A stretch of 64,000 nt of DNA from Nemertoderma westbladi (lineage: Eukaryota > Animalia > Xenacoelomorpha), in assembly GCA_032718475.1 (NCBI GenBank), contig JAUCBJ010001484.1:1-64000 (forward strand). The letters are read 5' to 3'. The stretch's first letter is position 1. Each line of letters starts with the position of its first letter. The notes beneath the pieces are model-generated. The model searched no databases and was not told the DNA's origin. It saw nothing but the letters and a program-made list of their open reading frames with translations. Below are positions 1 through 12,600 of this stretch, piece by piece. A program made the position numbers and the translations under genes.

Positions 1-3000
1 CCTCACGTTGGTGTCCACAAGCGCAACTGGAGTCTGTGGCTATGTGGTTACGGTACATGTCATATTTTAGTACGCTGCAGTTGCGACGTAGTCGCCCAAC
101 TAGCCCATTGATAGCAACAGATCCTAACATGAAATATGGGTTTAATTTATTAACTTTATATCTGCCCTCCGTCAGTAAGATTTTCTTAAATATTTTTAGC
201 GTTTCTGACTCAGTTACCTCATATGGAAGATCATTCCATAGAGAAACAGTTGAGCTTACAAACGAATTCTTTAGACATTCTGTGCGTGTTATCGGTAGTC
301 TGTATTTATTCGTAGGTCTCAAATTATAAGGGTTGGCTTGATCAATACGCGGTGGAATGATTTCAGTTAGGTGATGTGGTAGGTGTCCTTTAGATCCCTT
401 GTAAAAAATACTCAGTTTAATTAAGTCGCGGCGGTCCTGTAGTGTTTGTAAGCCCGATTCAGCGTACAGGTCCTCAGTGCGGCACGATATTGTAAGTTTA
501 CATATAATTCTAATGGCCTCTTTATTTATTAGTTCAAGTCTTTCTTTTAGATATTGTGTACAACCATCCCATACGGGACAAGCATATTCGAGAATAGGCC
601 GCACAAAGGAGGTGTATAGCACTGAAAGAGCCCTTTTGCTAAGCTTGTATTTAGCAGCTCGCAGAAGGTTTAGTCTAGTCTTTGCTTTGTCAATAATGTT
701 ATTAATGTGGGAGTTCCACTTTAGGTTATTTTGAAGTGTCACACCAAGGTGCTTGTGGTGTTCGACTTCAGCGATGGGAGTATCATGTAGAAGTAGCTGT
801 GTGTATCCTGTACGTGGTTCTTGTCGGTGCGTAATTGTCATAGCTTCAGTTTTTAGTGGGTTGTAATCTACTGACCACATATCCCCCCATTCGCCAATTC
901 GTAGTAAGTCATCATTAAGTAGCCGGCAAGCTACTTGTGGGTCAGTAACCTCAATGTACAACGAGGTATCGTCGGCAAAAAGTCTAGTTGGGTTAACCGT
1001 GATATCAATAAGGTCGTTTATAAATATTAAGAAGAGTAGGGGACCAAGAACTGATCCTTGGGGGACCCCTGCAGTGATCGGTAGCCAAGGCGACATGTGG
1101 CCTTTGATCATAACGCATTGGCTATTGCCACTGAGGTATGATAAAAGCCACTCAAGTAAAGGGCCGCCAATTCCCATTCTACGGGCCTTAGTTATAAGGC
1201 CTGCATGGCTAATTTTGTCGAAGGCCTTAGTAATGTCAAGGAAAGCAATCTTGACTTCCTTTCCATTATCTAAGGCTGTAGATAATTCGTCAAAAAGTGT
1301 TATGAGTTGGTAAGTAGCAGAATCACCAGGTAAAAAGCCTGACTGATTTTTATTTATTTTTTTAATTACGTGGTGCAGTATATATTTACTGACAATCCTT
1401 TCGAATAATTTTCCTAAAGCGCTTGTTAGAGAAATAGGCCTATAATTACAGCAGTATATGTTGGGGCCCTTTTTATAAACAGGTGTGACACATCTTTTTT
1501 TCCAATTTGTGGGATGGTGTTTTGATTTCAGGACGAGATTAAATAAATTTTTTAACTTTTCGATTATGACTGGACCTCCCATTTTGAGCATCCTGTTGGA
1601 GATTACATCAACTGGACAACTTGCCTTAGCGGGGTTAATTGTTTTTAAGGCTTCCTTTACATCGTTAGATGTGATAGTAATTTCATTTAATATTTCAGAG
1701 ACGTCATCTAAGTTCTGGGCATCATGATTTTGGCCGACATTGCTATTAGTTGGGGCGGTTGCCTGATCAGCAAAATAGATATTAAAGAGTTCTGCCTTGT
1801 CTGCTGATGAACTGGCATGGATATTTTTATAATTTACTGGGGGTATTTCGTTAATTTTATTAGTTTGTAAAATTTTTTTGGTGAGTGACCACCATTGTTT
1901 TGTACTAGGTTGGGTTGATTCCACTTTTTCTGATAGAGAATTAAAGTATTCCCTTTTTGCTTGTCTACAGGAGGATATATAAGAGTTCCTACTCATTCGG
2001 AAGTTGGCCCAGGCTACTTCGGAATTTGACCTCTTGGCGATATTATGATATTTTTGTTTTTCTTTTAGTAGTCGTCTGGTGTCACTATCAAACCAGGGCT
2101 TGTCATTGGGGCGAATGGTCACCACCCTGTTCGGTATGTGCTTTGAAGCAATTTTCATAAAATTTTTTGTCCAAGTATCAATAATTCCGTCAATGTCGTC
2201 TGGTCTAATGTCGTTAACTTCTTCCGGTATCTTAGCTAGATCAGTCTGAGTAAGCTCCCGTCGGAAGGATGTATTATTAGCGTGGCTGAAATCCCACACC
2301 CGTCGTTTATATGCTGGATCCTGGATCATTGTCAGCTTATATTTAAAATGAACTACCATATGGTCGCTGCTTCCATAAGGCGCCTCATGAAAGACATCAT
2401 AGACTGAGCCGGGAGTAGTTGTCATCACTGGGCTTAATAGAGTTTTAGTTGTCCTTGTCACCCGAGTTGGTTCGGTTATGTATTGCGTGAGTCCTTGTCT
2501 CTGTATCAAAAATCGTAGGTTTATTGACGATTGGTGTATAAGGTAATCTTCGTTTAAGTCGCCGAGTAGTAAAATGTGTTGGTATTCAAGTGCCCGGGCC
2601 TCATTCAACATTGCATTAAAACTCTCCCAGTAAGACGTTACATTTTCAGGCCTGTAGCCTACTCCTATTAAAAATTTTTTGTTGTTAGCCAGACATTCAA
2701 CCCATAGTACCTCCAACCGGGGGTCAATGTTTTCTAGTGTAATTTTGCGTTCGCATTTTATAAAATTGGAAATATATAGGCATACACCGCCTCCATGTCT
2801 GTTTCTATCATTACGAAGAGGATTTTGAAAACCAACTATTTTCAAATTGTCATCATTTATACTGGTTTCAAGCCAAGTCTCATTTATAGCCAGTATATCA
2901 ACCTCGCTAGAGAGATTTGGCTTTATAAACTCTTTATTTAAAATTAAGCTTCTAATATTTGTCTGAGCAACTCTAATTGGACGAATAAATTCATTTGGGC

Positions 3001-3247
3001 CTGGGTTAGGTTGGATATCCCCAGCAATAATTAACAACAGCCGTAATGCCATATGTGGTATTGTATTTTCATTTATAAATATAAATATAAAAATAGCAAA
3101 ATTATTATGTTGGCAATTTTGTTTGTATTTTCTGTGCATAAAGATCATGGAATTCTTCCAATAGAAATAAAGATTCTTAACCATACATACATAATCATCT
3201 ACACACACACACACACGCACCCATAATACATACTGGGCCCAGAACAT
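1..3247 (-). CDS. Non-LTR retrotransposon (CR1/L2 group) ORF2: APE endonuclease + reverse transcriptase + start of C-terminal Cys motif; 3' end lies outside the window
   Basis: Manual - strand translation gives APE motifs NIRSL, NETWL, GDLN, SDH; RT motifs YRPISLTS, QSGF, FLDITKAFDKISH, GVPQGSVLGPLLFLIFINDL, FADD (~965-980), KHLGVTL; then KNSF..WNDLP and CACGHQRE at the window edge. ATGs at 3247 and 3052 are in frame with the open end at position 1. The missing in-window stop explains its absence from the ORF track. I did not check every internal codon. Confidence 0.93.
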   Translation of the reverse strand, partial: MFWAQYVLWVRVCVCVDDYVCMVKNLYFYWKNSMIFMHRKYKQNCQHNNFAIFIFIFINENTIPHMALRLLLIIAGDIQPNPGPNEFIRPIRVAQTNIRSLILNKEFIKPNLSSEVDILAINETWLETSINDDNLKIVGFQNPLRNDRNRHGGGVCLYISNFIKCERKITLENIDPRLEVLWVECLANNKKFLIGVGYRPENVTSYWESFNAMLNEARALEYQHILLLGDLNEDYLIHQSSINLRFLIQRQGLTQYITEPTRVTRTTKTLLSPVMTTTPGSVYDVFHEAPYGSSDHMVVHFKYKLTMIQDPAYKRRVWDFSHANNTSFRRELTQTDLAKIPEEVNDIRPDDIDGIIDTWTKNFMKIASKHIPNRVVTIRPNDKPWFDSDTRRLLKEKQKYHNIAKRSNSEVAWANFRMSRNSYISSCRQAKREYFNSLSEKVESTQPSTKQWWSLTKKILQTNKINEIPPVNYKNIHASSSADKAELFNIYFADQATAPTNSNVGQNHDAQNLDDVSEILNEITITSNDVKEALKTINPAKASCPVDVISNRMLKMGGPVIIEKLKNLFNLVLKSKHHPTNWKKRCVTPVYKKGPNIYCCNYRPISLTSALGKLFERIVSKYILHHVIKKINKNQSGFLPGDSATYQLITLFDELSTALDNGKEVKIAFLDITKAFDKISHAGLITKARRMGIGGPLLEWLLSYLSGNSQCVMIKGHMSPWLPITAGVPQGSVLGPLLFLIFINDLIDITVNPTRLFADDTSLYIEVTDPQVACRLLNDDLLRIGEWGDMWSVDYNPLKTEAMTITHRQEPRTGYTQLLLHDTPIAEVEHHKHLGVTLQNNLKWNSHINNIIDKAKTRLNLLRAAKYKLSKRALSVLYTSFVRPILEYACPVWDGCTQYLKERLELINKEAIRIICKLTISCRTEDLYAESGLQTLQDRRDLIKLSIFYKGSKGHLPHHLTEIIPPRIDQANPYNLRPTNKYRLPITRTECLKNSFVSSTVSLWNDLPYEVTESETLKIFKKILLTEGRYKVNKLNPYFMLGSVAINGLVGRLRRNCSVLKYDMYRNHIATDSSCACGHQRE
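2996..3052 (-). other. 2A-like (StopGo) peptide MALRLLLIIAGDIQPNPGP at the N-terminal edge of the APE domain
   Basis: Codons ggg gat atc caa cct aac cca ggc cca follow a hydrophobic tract; they match D(V/I)ExNPGP except for E->Q. Confidence 0.8.
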
Positions 3248-3620
3248 GAACCACCACCAGGATAGTGCCCTCCACCAGCCGTACCCGGTAAGCCTAATGT
3301 CAGTTCCTTACCTAGATTGAAAATAGGTGATATGAAATGAAGATGAGATCATGACTGAATATAAAGTATTATATTATATTATTTTGGTTACTACATTAAT
3401 TAGTACCCTTTTATAGACAATATTTGTATTACATGTTACAAGTATTATGAGGATGAAAATATGCCAATATGAATACAGTAAATACCGATAAGACAAGTAT
3501 TTGTGAATTACTTAGCTCCAAGCTGTAGTTCCCTCCAGGTTTAGTTTATTCGACTAATAGAGTAACCATGACCGTAAATTGTCTCAAGTGTCCTACCCAA
3601 ATTCGATTAGCAGCTGCTCA

Positions 3621-6600
3621 TTCAGTACCTACCAGCCATACTGGATTAATTCAGTACCTACCAGCCAAACTGGGTTAGTTCAGTACCTACCAGCCAAACT
3701 GGGTTAGTTCAGTACCTACCAGCCAAACTGGGTTAGTTCAGTACCTACCAGCCAAACTGGGTTAGTTCAGTACCTACCAGCCAAACTGGGTTAATTCAGT
3801 ACCTACCATCCAAACTGGGTTAGTTCAGTACCTACTAGCCAAACTGGGTTAATTCAGTACCTACCAGCCAAACTGGGTTAGTTCAGTACCTACCAGCCAA
3901 ACTGGGTTAATTCAGTACCTACCCAGCCAAACTGGGTTAGTTCAGTACCTCCAAGCCAAACTGGGTTAGTTCAGTACTTACAATACAAACTGGGTTAATT
4001 CAGTACCTACCAGCCAAACTGGGTTAGTTCAGTACCTACCAGCCAAACTGGGTTAGTTCAGTACCTACCAGCCAAACTGGGTTAGTTCAGTACCTACTAG
4101 CCAAACTGGGTTAGTTCAGTACCTACCAGCCAAACTGGGTTAGTTCAGTACCTACTAGCCAAACTGGGTTAGTTCAGTACCTACCAGCCAAACTGGGTTA
4201 GTTCAGTACCTACCAGCCAAACTGGGTTAGTTCAGTACCCCCAGCCAAACTGGGTTAGTTCAGTACCTCCAAGCCAAACTGGGTTAGTTCAGTACTTACA
4301 ATACAAACTGGGTTAATTCAGTACCTACCAGCCAAACTGGGTTAGTTCAGTACCTACCAGCCAAACTGGGTTAGTTCAGTACCTACCAGCCAAACTGGGT
4401 TAGTTCAGTACCTCCAAGCCAAACTGGGTTAGTTCAGTACCTCCAAGCCAAACTGGGTTAGTTCAGTACCTACAATACAAACTGGGTTAATTCAGTACCT
4501 ACCAGCCAAACTGGGTACAATACAAACTGGGTTAATTCAGTACCTACCAGCCAAACTGGGTTAGTTCAGTACCTACCAGCCAAACTGGGTTAGTTCAGGA
4601 CCTACCAGCCAAACTGGGTTAGTTCAGTACCTCCAAGCCAAACTGGGTTAGTTCAGTACTTACAAGACAAACTGGGTTAATTCAGTACCTACCAGCCAAA
4701 CTGGGTTAATTCAGTACCTACCAGCCAAACTGGGTTAATTCAGTCTACCAGCCAAACTGGGTTAATTCAGTACCTACCAGCTAAATGGTGTTAGTTCAGT
4801 ATACCTACCAGCCTAACTGGGTTAATTCAGTACCTACTAGCCAAACTGGGTTAGTTCACTACCTACCAGCCAAACTGGGTTAGTTCAGTACCTCCAAGCG
4901 CAAGCCAAACTGGGTTAGTTCAGTACTTACAAGACAAACTGGGTTAATTCAGTACCTACTAGCCAAACTGGGTTAATTCAGTACCTACCAGCCAAACTGG
5001 GTTAATTCAGTACCTACCAGCCAAACTGGGTTAATTCAGTCTACCAGCCAAACTGGGTTAATTCAGTACCTACCAGCTAAATGGTGTTAGTTCGGTATAC
5101 CTACCTGCCAAATTGGGTTAATTCAGTACCTACTAGCCAAACTGGGTTAGTTCAGTACCTACCAGCCAAACTGGGTTAGTTCAGTACCTCCAAGCCAAAC
5201 TGGGTTAGTTCAGTACCTACCAGCCAAACTGGGTTAGTTCAGTACCTACCAGCCAAACTGGGTTAGTTCAGTACCTACCAGCCAAACTGGGTTAGTTCAG
5301 TACCTACCAGCCAAACTGGGTTAGTTCAGTACCTCCAAGCCAAACTGGGTTAGTTCAGTACCTACCAGCCAAACTGGGTTAGTTCAGTACCTACCAGCCA
5401 AACTGGGTTAGTTCAGTACCTACCAGCCAAACTGGGTTAATTCAGTACCTACCAGCCAAACTGGGTTAATTCAGTACCTACCAGCCAAACTGGGTTAATT
5501 CAGTACCTACTAGCCAAACTGGGTTAGTTCAGTACCTACTAGTCAAACTGGTTTAATTCAGTACCTACCAGCCAAACTGGGTTAATTCAGTACCTACCAG
5601 CAAAACTGGGTTAATTCAGTACCTACTAGCCAAACTGGGTTAGTTCAGTACCTACTAGTCAAACTGGTTTAATTCAGTACCTACCAGCCAAACTGGGTTA
5701 ATTCAGTACCTACCAGCCAAACTGGGTTAGTTCAGTATACCTACCAGCCAAACTGGGTTAGTTCAGTACCTACTAGCCAAACTGGGTTAATTCAGTACCT
5801 ACCAGCCAAACTGGGTTAATTCAGTACCTACTAGCCAAACTGGGTTAGTTCAGTACCTACCAGCCAAACTGGGTTAGTTCAGTACCTACCAGCCAAACTG
5901 GGTTAGTTCAGTACCTACCAGCCAAACTGGGTTAGTTCAGTACCTACCAGCCAAACTGGGTTAGTTCAGTACCTACTAGCCAAACTGGGTTAATTCAGTA
6001 CCTACCCAGCCAAACTGGGTTAGTTCAGTACCTACCAGCCAAACTGGGTTAGTTCAGTACCTCCAAGCCAAACTGGGTTAGTTCAGTACCTCCAAGCCAA
6101 ACTGGGTTAGTTCAGTACCTACCAGCCAAACTGGGTTAGTTCAGTACCTACCAACCAGCCAAACTGGGTTAAATTCAGTACCTACCAGCCAAACTGGGTT
6201 AATTCAGTACCTACTAGCCAAACTGGGTTAGTTCAGTACCTACTAGTCAAACTGGGTTAATTCAGTACCTACCAGCCAAACTGGGTTAGTTCAGTACCTA
6301 CCAGCCAAACTGGGTTAATTCAGTACCTACCAGCCAAACTGGGTTAATTCAGTACCTACCAGCCAAACTGGGTTAATTCAGTACCTACTAGCCAAACTGG
6401 GTTAGTTCAGTACCTACCCAGCCAAACTGGGTTAGTTCAGTACCTACCAGCCAAACTGGGTTAGTTCAGTACCTCCAAGCCAAACTGGGTTAGTTCAGTA
6501 CCTACCAGCCAAACTGGGTTAGTTCAGTACCTACCAGCCAAACTGGGTTAGTTCAGTACCTACCAGCCAAACTGGGTTAGTTCAGTACCTACCAGCCAAA

Positions 6601-9600
6601 CTGGGTTAGTTCAGTACCTACCAGCCAAACTGGGTTAATTCAGTACCTACCAGCCAAACTGGGTTAGTTCAGTACCTACTAGCCAAACTGGGTTAATTCA
6701 GTACCTACCAGCCAAACTGGGTTAGTTCAGTACCTACCAGCCAAACTGGGTTAATTCAGTACCTACCAGCCAAACTGGGTTAATTCAGTACCTACCAGCC
6801 AAACTGGGTTAGTTCAGTACCTACCAGCCAAACTGGGTTAATTCAGTACCTACCAGCCAAACTGGGTTAGTTCAGTACCTACCAGCCAAACTGGGTTAGT
6901 TCAGTACCTACCAGCCAAACTGGGTTAGTTCAGTACCTACCAGCCAAACTGGGTTAGTTCAGTACCTACCAGCCAAACTGGGTTAGTTCAGTACCTACCA
7001 GCCAAACTGGGTTAGTTCAGTACCTACTAGCCAAACTGGGTTAATTCAGTACCTACCAGCCAAACTGGGTTAGTTCAGTACCTACCAGCCAAACTGGGTT
7101 AGTTCAGTACCTACCAGCCAAACTGGGTTAGTTCAGTACCTACCAGCCAAACTGGGTTAGTTCAGTACCTACCAGCCAAACTGGGTTAGTTCAGTACCCC
7201 CAGCCAAACTGGGTTAGTTCAGTACCTCCAAGCCAAACTGGGTTAATTCAGTACCTACCAGCCAAACTGGGTTAGTTCAGTACCTACCAGCCAAACTGGG
7301 TTAGTTCAGTACCTACCAGCCAAACTGGGTTAGTTCAGTACCTCCAAGCCAAACTGGGTTAGTTCAGTACCTCCAAGCCAAACTGGGTTAGTTCAGTACC
7401 TACAAGCCAAACTGGGTTAATTCAGTACCTACCAGCCAAACTGGGTTAGTTCAGTACCTACCAGCCAAACTGGGTTAGTTCAGTACCTACCAGCCAAACT
7501 GGGTTAGTTCAGTACCTACCAGCCAAACTGGGTTAGTTCAGTACCTACAAGCCAAACTGGGTTAATTCAGTACCTACCAGCCAAACTGGGTTAATTCAGT
7601 ACCTACCAGCCAAACTGGGTTAGTTCAGTACCTACCAGCCAAACTGGGTTAATTCAGTACCTACCAGCTAAATGGTGTTAGTTCAGTATACCTACCAGCT
7701 TAACTGGGTTAATTCAGTACCTACCAGCCAAACTGGGTTAGTTCACTACCTACCAGCCAAACTGGGTTAGTTCAGTACCTCCAAGCGCAAGCCAAACTGG
7801 GTTAGTTCAGTACCTACAAGCCAAACTGGGTTAATTCAGTACCTACCAGCCAAACTGGGTTAATTCAGTACCTACCAGCCAAACTGGGTTAATTCAGTAC
7901 CTACAGCCAAACTGGGTAATTCAGTCTACCAGCCAAACTGGGTTAATTCAGTACCTACCAGCTAAATGGTGTTAGTTCGGTATACCTACCTGCCAAATTG
8001 GGTTAATTCAGTACCTACTAGCCAAACTGGGTTAGTTCAGTACCTACCAGCCAAACTGGGTTAGTTCAGTACCTCCAAGCCAAACTGGGTTAGTTCAGTA
8101 CCTACCAGCCAAACTGGGTTAGTTCAGTACCTACCAGCCAAACTGGGTTAGTTCAGTACCTACCAGCCAAACTGGGTTAGTTCAGTACCTACCAGCCAAA
8201 CTGGGTTAGTTCAGTACCTCCAAGCCAAACTGGGTTAGTTCAGTACCTACCAGCCAAACTGGGTTAGTTCAGTACCTACCAGCCAAACTGGGTTAGTTCA
8301 GTACCTACCAGCCAAACTGGGTTAATTCAGTACCTACCAGCCAAACTGGGTTAATTCAGTACCTACCAGCCAAACTGGGTTAATTCAGTACCTACTAGCC
8401 AAACTGGGTTAGTTCAGTACCTACTAGTCAAACTGGTTTAATTCAGTACCTACCAGCCAAACTGGGTTAATTCAGTACCTACCAGCAAAACTGGGTTAAT
8501 TCAGTACCTACTAGCCAAACTGGGTTAGTTCAGTACCTACTAGTCAAACTGGTTTAATTCAGTACCTACCAGCCAAACTGGGTTAATTCAGTACCTACCA
8601 GCCAAACTGGGTTAGTTCAGTATACCTACCAGCCAAACTGGGTTAGTTCAGTACCTACTAGCCAAACTGGGTTAATTCAGTACCTACCAGCCAAACTGGG
8701 TTAATTCAGTACCTACTAGCCAAACTGGGTTAGTTCAGTACCTACCAGCCAAACTGGGTTAGTTCAGTACCTACCAGCCAAACTGGGTTAGTTCAGTACC
8801 TACCAGCCAAACTGGGTTAGTTCAGTACCTACCAGCCAAACTGGGTTAGTTCAGTACCTACTAGCCAAACTGGGTTAATTCAGTACCTACCCAGCCAAAC
8901 TGGGTTAGTTCAGTACCTACCAGCCAAACTGGGTTAGTTCAGTACCTCCAAGCCAAACTGGGTTAGTTCAGTACCTCCAAGCCAAACTGGGTTAGTTCAG
9001 TACCTACCAGCCAAACTGGGTTAGTTCAGTACCTACCAACCAGCCAAACTGGGTTAAATTCAGTACCTACCAGCCAAACTGGGTTAATTCAGTACCTACT
9101 AGCCAAACTGGGTTAGTTCAGTACCTACTAGTCAAACTGGGTTAATTCAGTACCTACCAGCCAAACTGGGTTAGTTCAGTACCTACCAGCCAAACTGGGT
9201 TAATTCAGTACCTACCAGCCAAACTGGGTTAATTCAGTACCTACCAGCCAAACTGGGTTAATTCAGTACCTACTAGCCAAACTGGGTTAGTTCAGTACCT
9301 ACCCAGCCAAACTGGGTTAGTTCAGTACCTACCAGCCAAACTGGGTTAGTTCAGTACCTCCAAGCCAAACTGGGTTAGTTCAGTACCTCCAAGCCAAACT
9401 GGGTTAGTTCAGTACCTACCAGCCAAACTGGGTTAGTTCAGTACCTACCAACCAGCCAAACTGGGTTAAATTCAGTACCTACCAGCCAAACTGGGTTAAT
9501 TCAGTACCTACTAGCCAAACTGGGTTAGTTCAGTACCTACTAGTCAAACTGGGTTAATTCAGTACCTACCAGCCAAACTGGGTTAGTTCAGTACCTACCA

Positions 9601-12600
9601 GCCAAACTGGGTTAATTCAGTACCTACCAGCCAAACTGGGTTAATTCAGTACCTACCAGCCAAACTGGGTTAATTCAGTACCTACCAGCTAAATGGTGTT
9701 AGTTCGGTATACCTACCAGCCAAATTGGGTTAATTCAGTACCTTCTAGCCAAACTGGGTTAGTTCAGTACCTACCAGCCAAACTGGGTTAGTTCAGTACC
9801 TCCAAGCCAAACTGGGTTAGTTCAGTACCTACCAGCCAAACTGGGTTAGTTCAGTACCTACCAGCCAAACTGGGTTAGTTCAGTACCTACCAGCCAAACT
9901 GGGTTAGTTCAGTACCTACCAGCCAAACTGGGTTAGTTCAGTACCTCCAAGCCAAACTGGGTTAGTTCAGTACCTACCAGCAAAACTGGGTTAGTTCAGT
10001 ACCTACCAGCCAAACTGGGTTAGTTCAGTACCTACCAGCCAAACTGGGTTAATTCAGTACCTACCAGCCAAACTGGGTTAATTCAGTACCTACTAGCCAA
10101 ACTGGGTTAGTTCAGTACCTACTAGTCGAACTGGTTTAATTCAGTACCTACCAGCCAAACTGGATTAATTCAGTACCTACCAGCCAAACTGGGTTAGTTC
10201 AGTACCTACCAGTCAAACTGGTTTAATTCAGTACCTACTAGTCAAACTGGTTTAATTCAGTACCTACCAGCCAAACTGGGTTAATTCAGTACCTACCAGC
10301 CAAACTGGGTTAGTTCAGTACCTACTAGCCAAACTGGGTTAGTTCAGTACCTACTAGCCAAACTGGGTTAATTCAGTACCTACTAGCCAAACTGGGTTAA
10401 TTCAGTACCTACTAGCCAAACTGGGTTAGTTCAGTACCTACCAGCCAAACTGGGTTAGTTCAGTACCTACCAGCCAAACTGGGTTAGTTCAGTACCTACC
10501 AGCCAAACTGGGTTAGTTCAGTACCTACCAGCCAAACTGGGTTAGTTCAGTACCTCCAAGCCAAACTGGGTTAATTCAGTACCTACCCAGCCAAACTGGG
10601 TTAGTTCAGTACCTACCAGCCAAACTGGGTTAGTTCAGTACCTCCAAGCCAAACTGGGTTAGTTCAGTACCTCCAAGCCAAACTGGGTTAGTTCAGTACC
10701 TACCAGCCAAACTGGGTTAATTCAGTACCTACCAGCCAAACTGGGTTAATTCAGTACCTACCAGCCAAACTGGGTTAATTCAGTACCTACTAGCCAAACT
10801 GGGTTAGTTCAGTACCTACTAGTCAAACTGGGTTAGTTCAGTACCTCCAAGCCAAACTGGGTTAGTTCAGTACCTACCAGCCAAACTGGGTTAGTTCAGT
10901 ACCTACCAGCCAAACTGGGTTAGTTCAGTACCTACCAGCCAAACTGGGTTAGTTCAGTACCTACCAGCCAAACTGGGTTAGTTCAGTACCTCCAAGCCAA
11001 ACTGGGTTAGTTCAGTACCTACCAGCCAAACTGGGTTAGTTCAGTACCTACCAGCCAAACTGGGTTAGTTCAGTACCTACCAGCCAAACTGGGTTAATTC
11101 AGTACCTACCAGCCAAACTGGGTTAATTCAGTACCTACTAGCCAAACTGGGTTAGTTCAGTATCTACCAGCCAAACTGGGTTAGTTCAGTACCTACTAGC
11201 CAAACTGGGTTAATTCAGTACCTACCAGCCAAACTGGGTTAGTTCAGTACCTACTAGTCAAACTGGTTTAATTCAGTACCTACCAGCCAAACTGGGTTAA
11301 TTCAGTACCTACCAGCCAAACTGGGTTAGTTCAGTATACCTACCAGCCAAACTGGGTTAGTTCAGTACCTACTAGCCAAACTGGGTTAATTCAGTACCTA
11401 CCAGCCAAACTGGGTTAATTCAGTACCTACTAGCCAAACTGGGTTAGTTCAGTACCTACCAGCCAAACTGGGTTAGTTCAGTACCTACCAGCCAAACTGG
11501 GTTAGTTCAGTACCTACCAGCCAAACTGGGTTAGTTCAGTACCTACCAGCCAAACTGGGTTAGTTCAGTACCTACTAGCCAAACTGGGTTAATTCAGTAC
11601 CTACCCAGCCAAACTGGGTTAGTTCAGTACCTACCAGCCAAACTGGGTTAGTTCAGTACCTCCAAGCCAAACTGGGTTAGTTCAGTACCTCCAAGCCAAA
11701 CTGGGTTAGTTCAGTACCTACCAGCCAAACTGGGTTAGTTCAGTACCTACCAACCAGCCAAACTGGGTTAAATTCAGTACCTACCAGCCAAACTGGGTTA
11801 ATTCAGTACCTACTAGCCAAACTGGGTTAGTTCAGTACCTACTAGTCAAACTGGGTTAGTTCAGTACCTACTAGCCAAACTGGGTTAATTCAGTACCTAC
11901 CCAGCCAAACTGGGTTAGTTCAGTACCTACCAGCCAAACTGGGTTAGTTCAGTACCTCCAAGCCAAACTGGGTTAGTTCAGTACCTCCAAGCCAAACTGG
12001 GTTAGTTCAGTACCTACCAGCCAAACTGGGTTAGTTCAGTACCTACCAACCAGCCAAACTGGGTTAAATTTAGTACCTACCAGCCAAACTGGGTTAATTC
12101 AGTACCTACTAGCCAAACTGGGTTAGTTCAGTACCTACTAGTCAAACTGGGTTAATTCAGTACCTACCAGCCAAACTGGGTTAGTTCAGTACCTACCAGC
12201 CAAACTGGGTTAATTCAGTACCTACCAGCCAAACTGGGTTAATTCAGTACCTCCAAGCCAAACTGGGTTAGTTCAGTACCTCCAAGCCAAACTGGGTTAG
12301 TTCAGTACCTACCAGCCAAACTGGGTTAATTGAGTACCTACCAGCCAAACTGGGTTAGTTCAGTACCTACCAACCAGCCAAACTGGGTTAAATTCAGTAC
12401 CTACCAGCCAAACTGGGTTAATTCAGTACCTACTAGCCAAACTGGGTTAGTTCAGTACCTACTAGTCAAACTGGGTTAATTCAGTACCTACCAGCCAAAC
12501 TGGGTTAGTTCAGTACCTACCAGCCAAACTGGGTTAATTCAGTACCTACCAGCCAAACTGGGTTAATTCAGTACCTACCAGCCAAACTGGGTTAATTCAG

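Noticed and set aside
36-2160. Short + strand ORFs
   Set aside because: Antisense shadows of the LINE ORF2.
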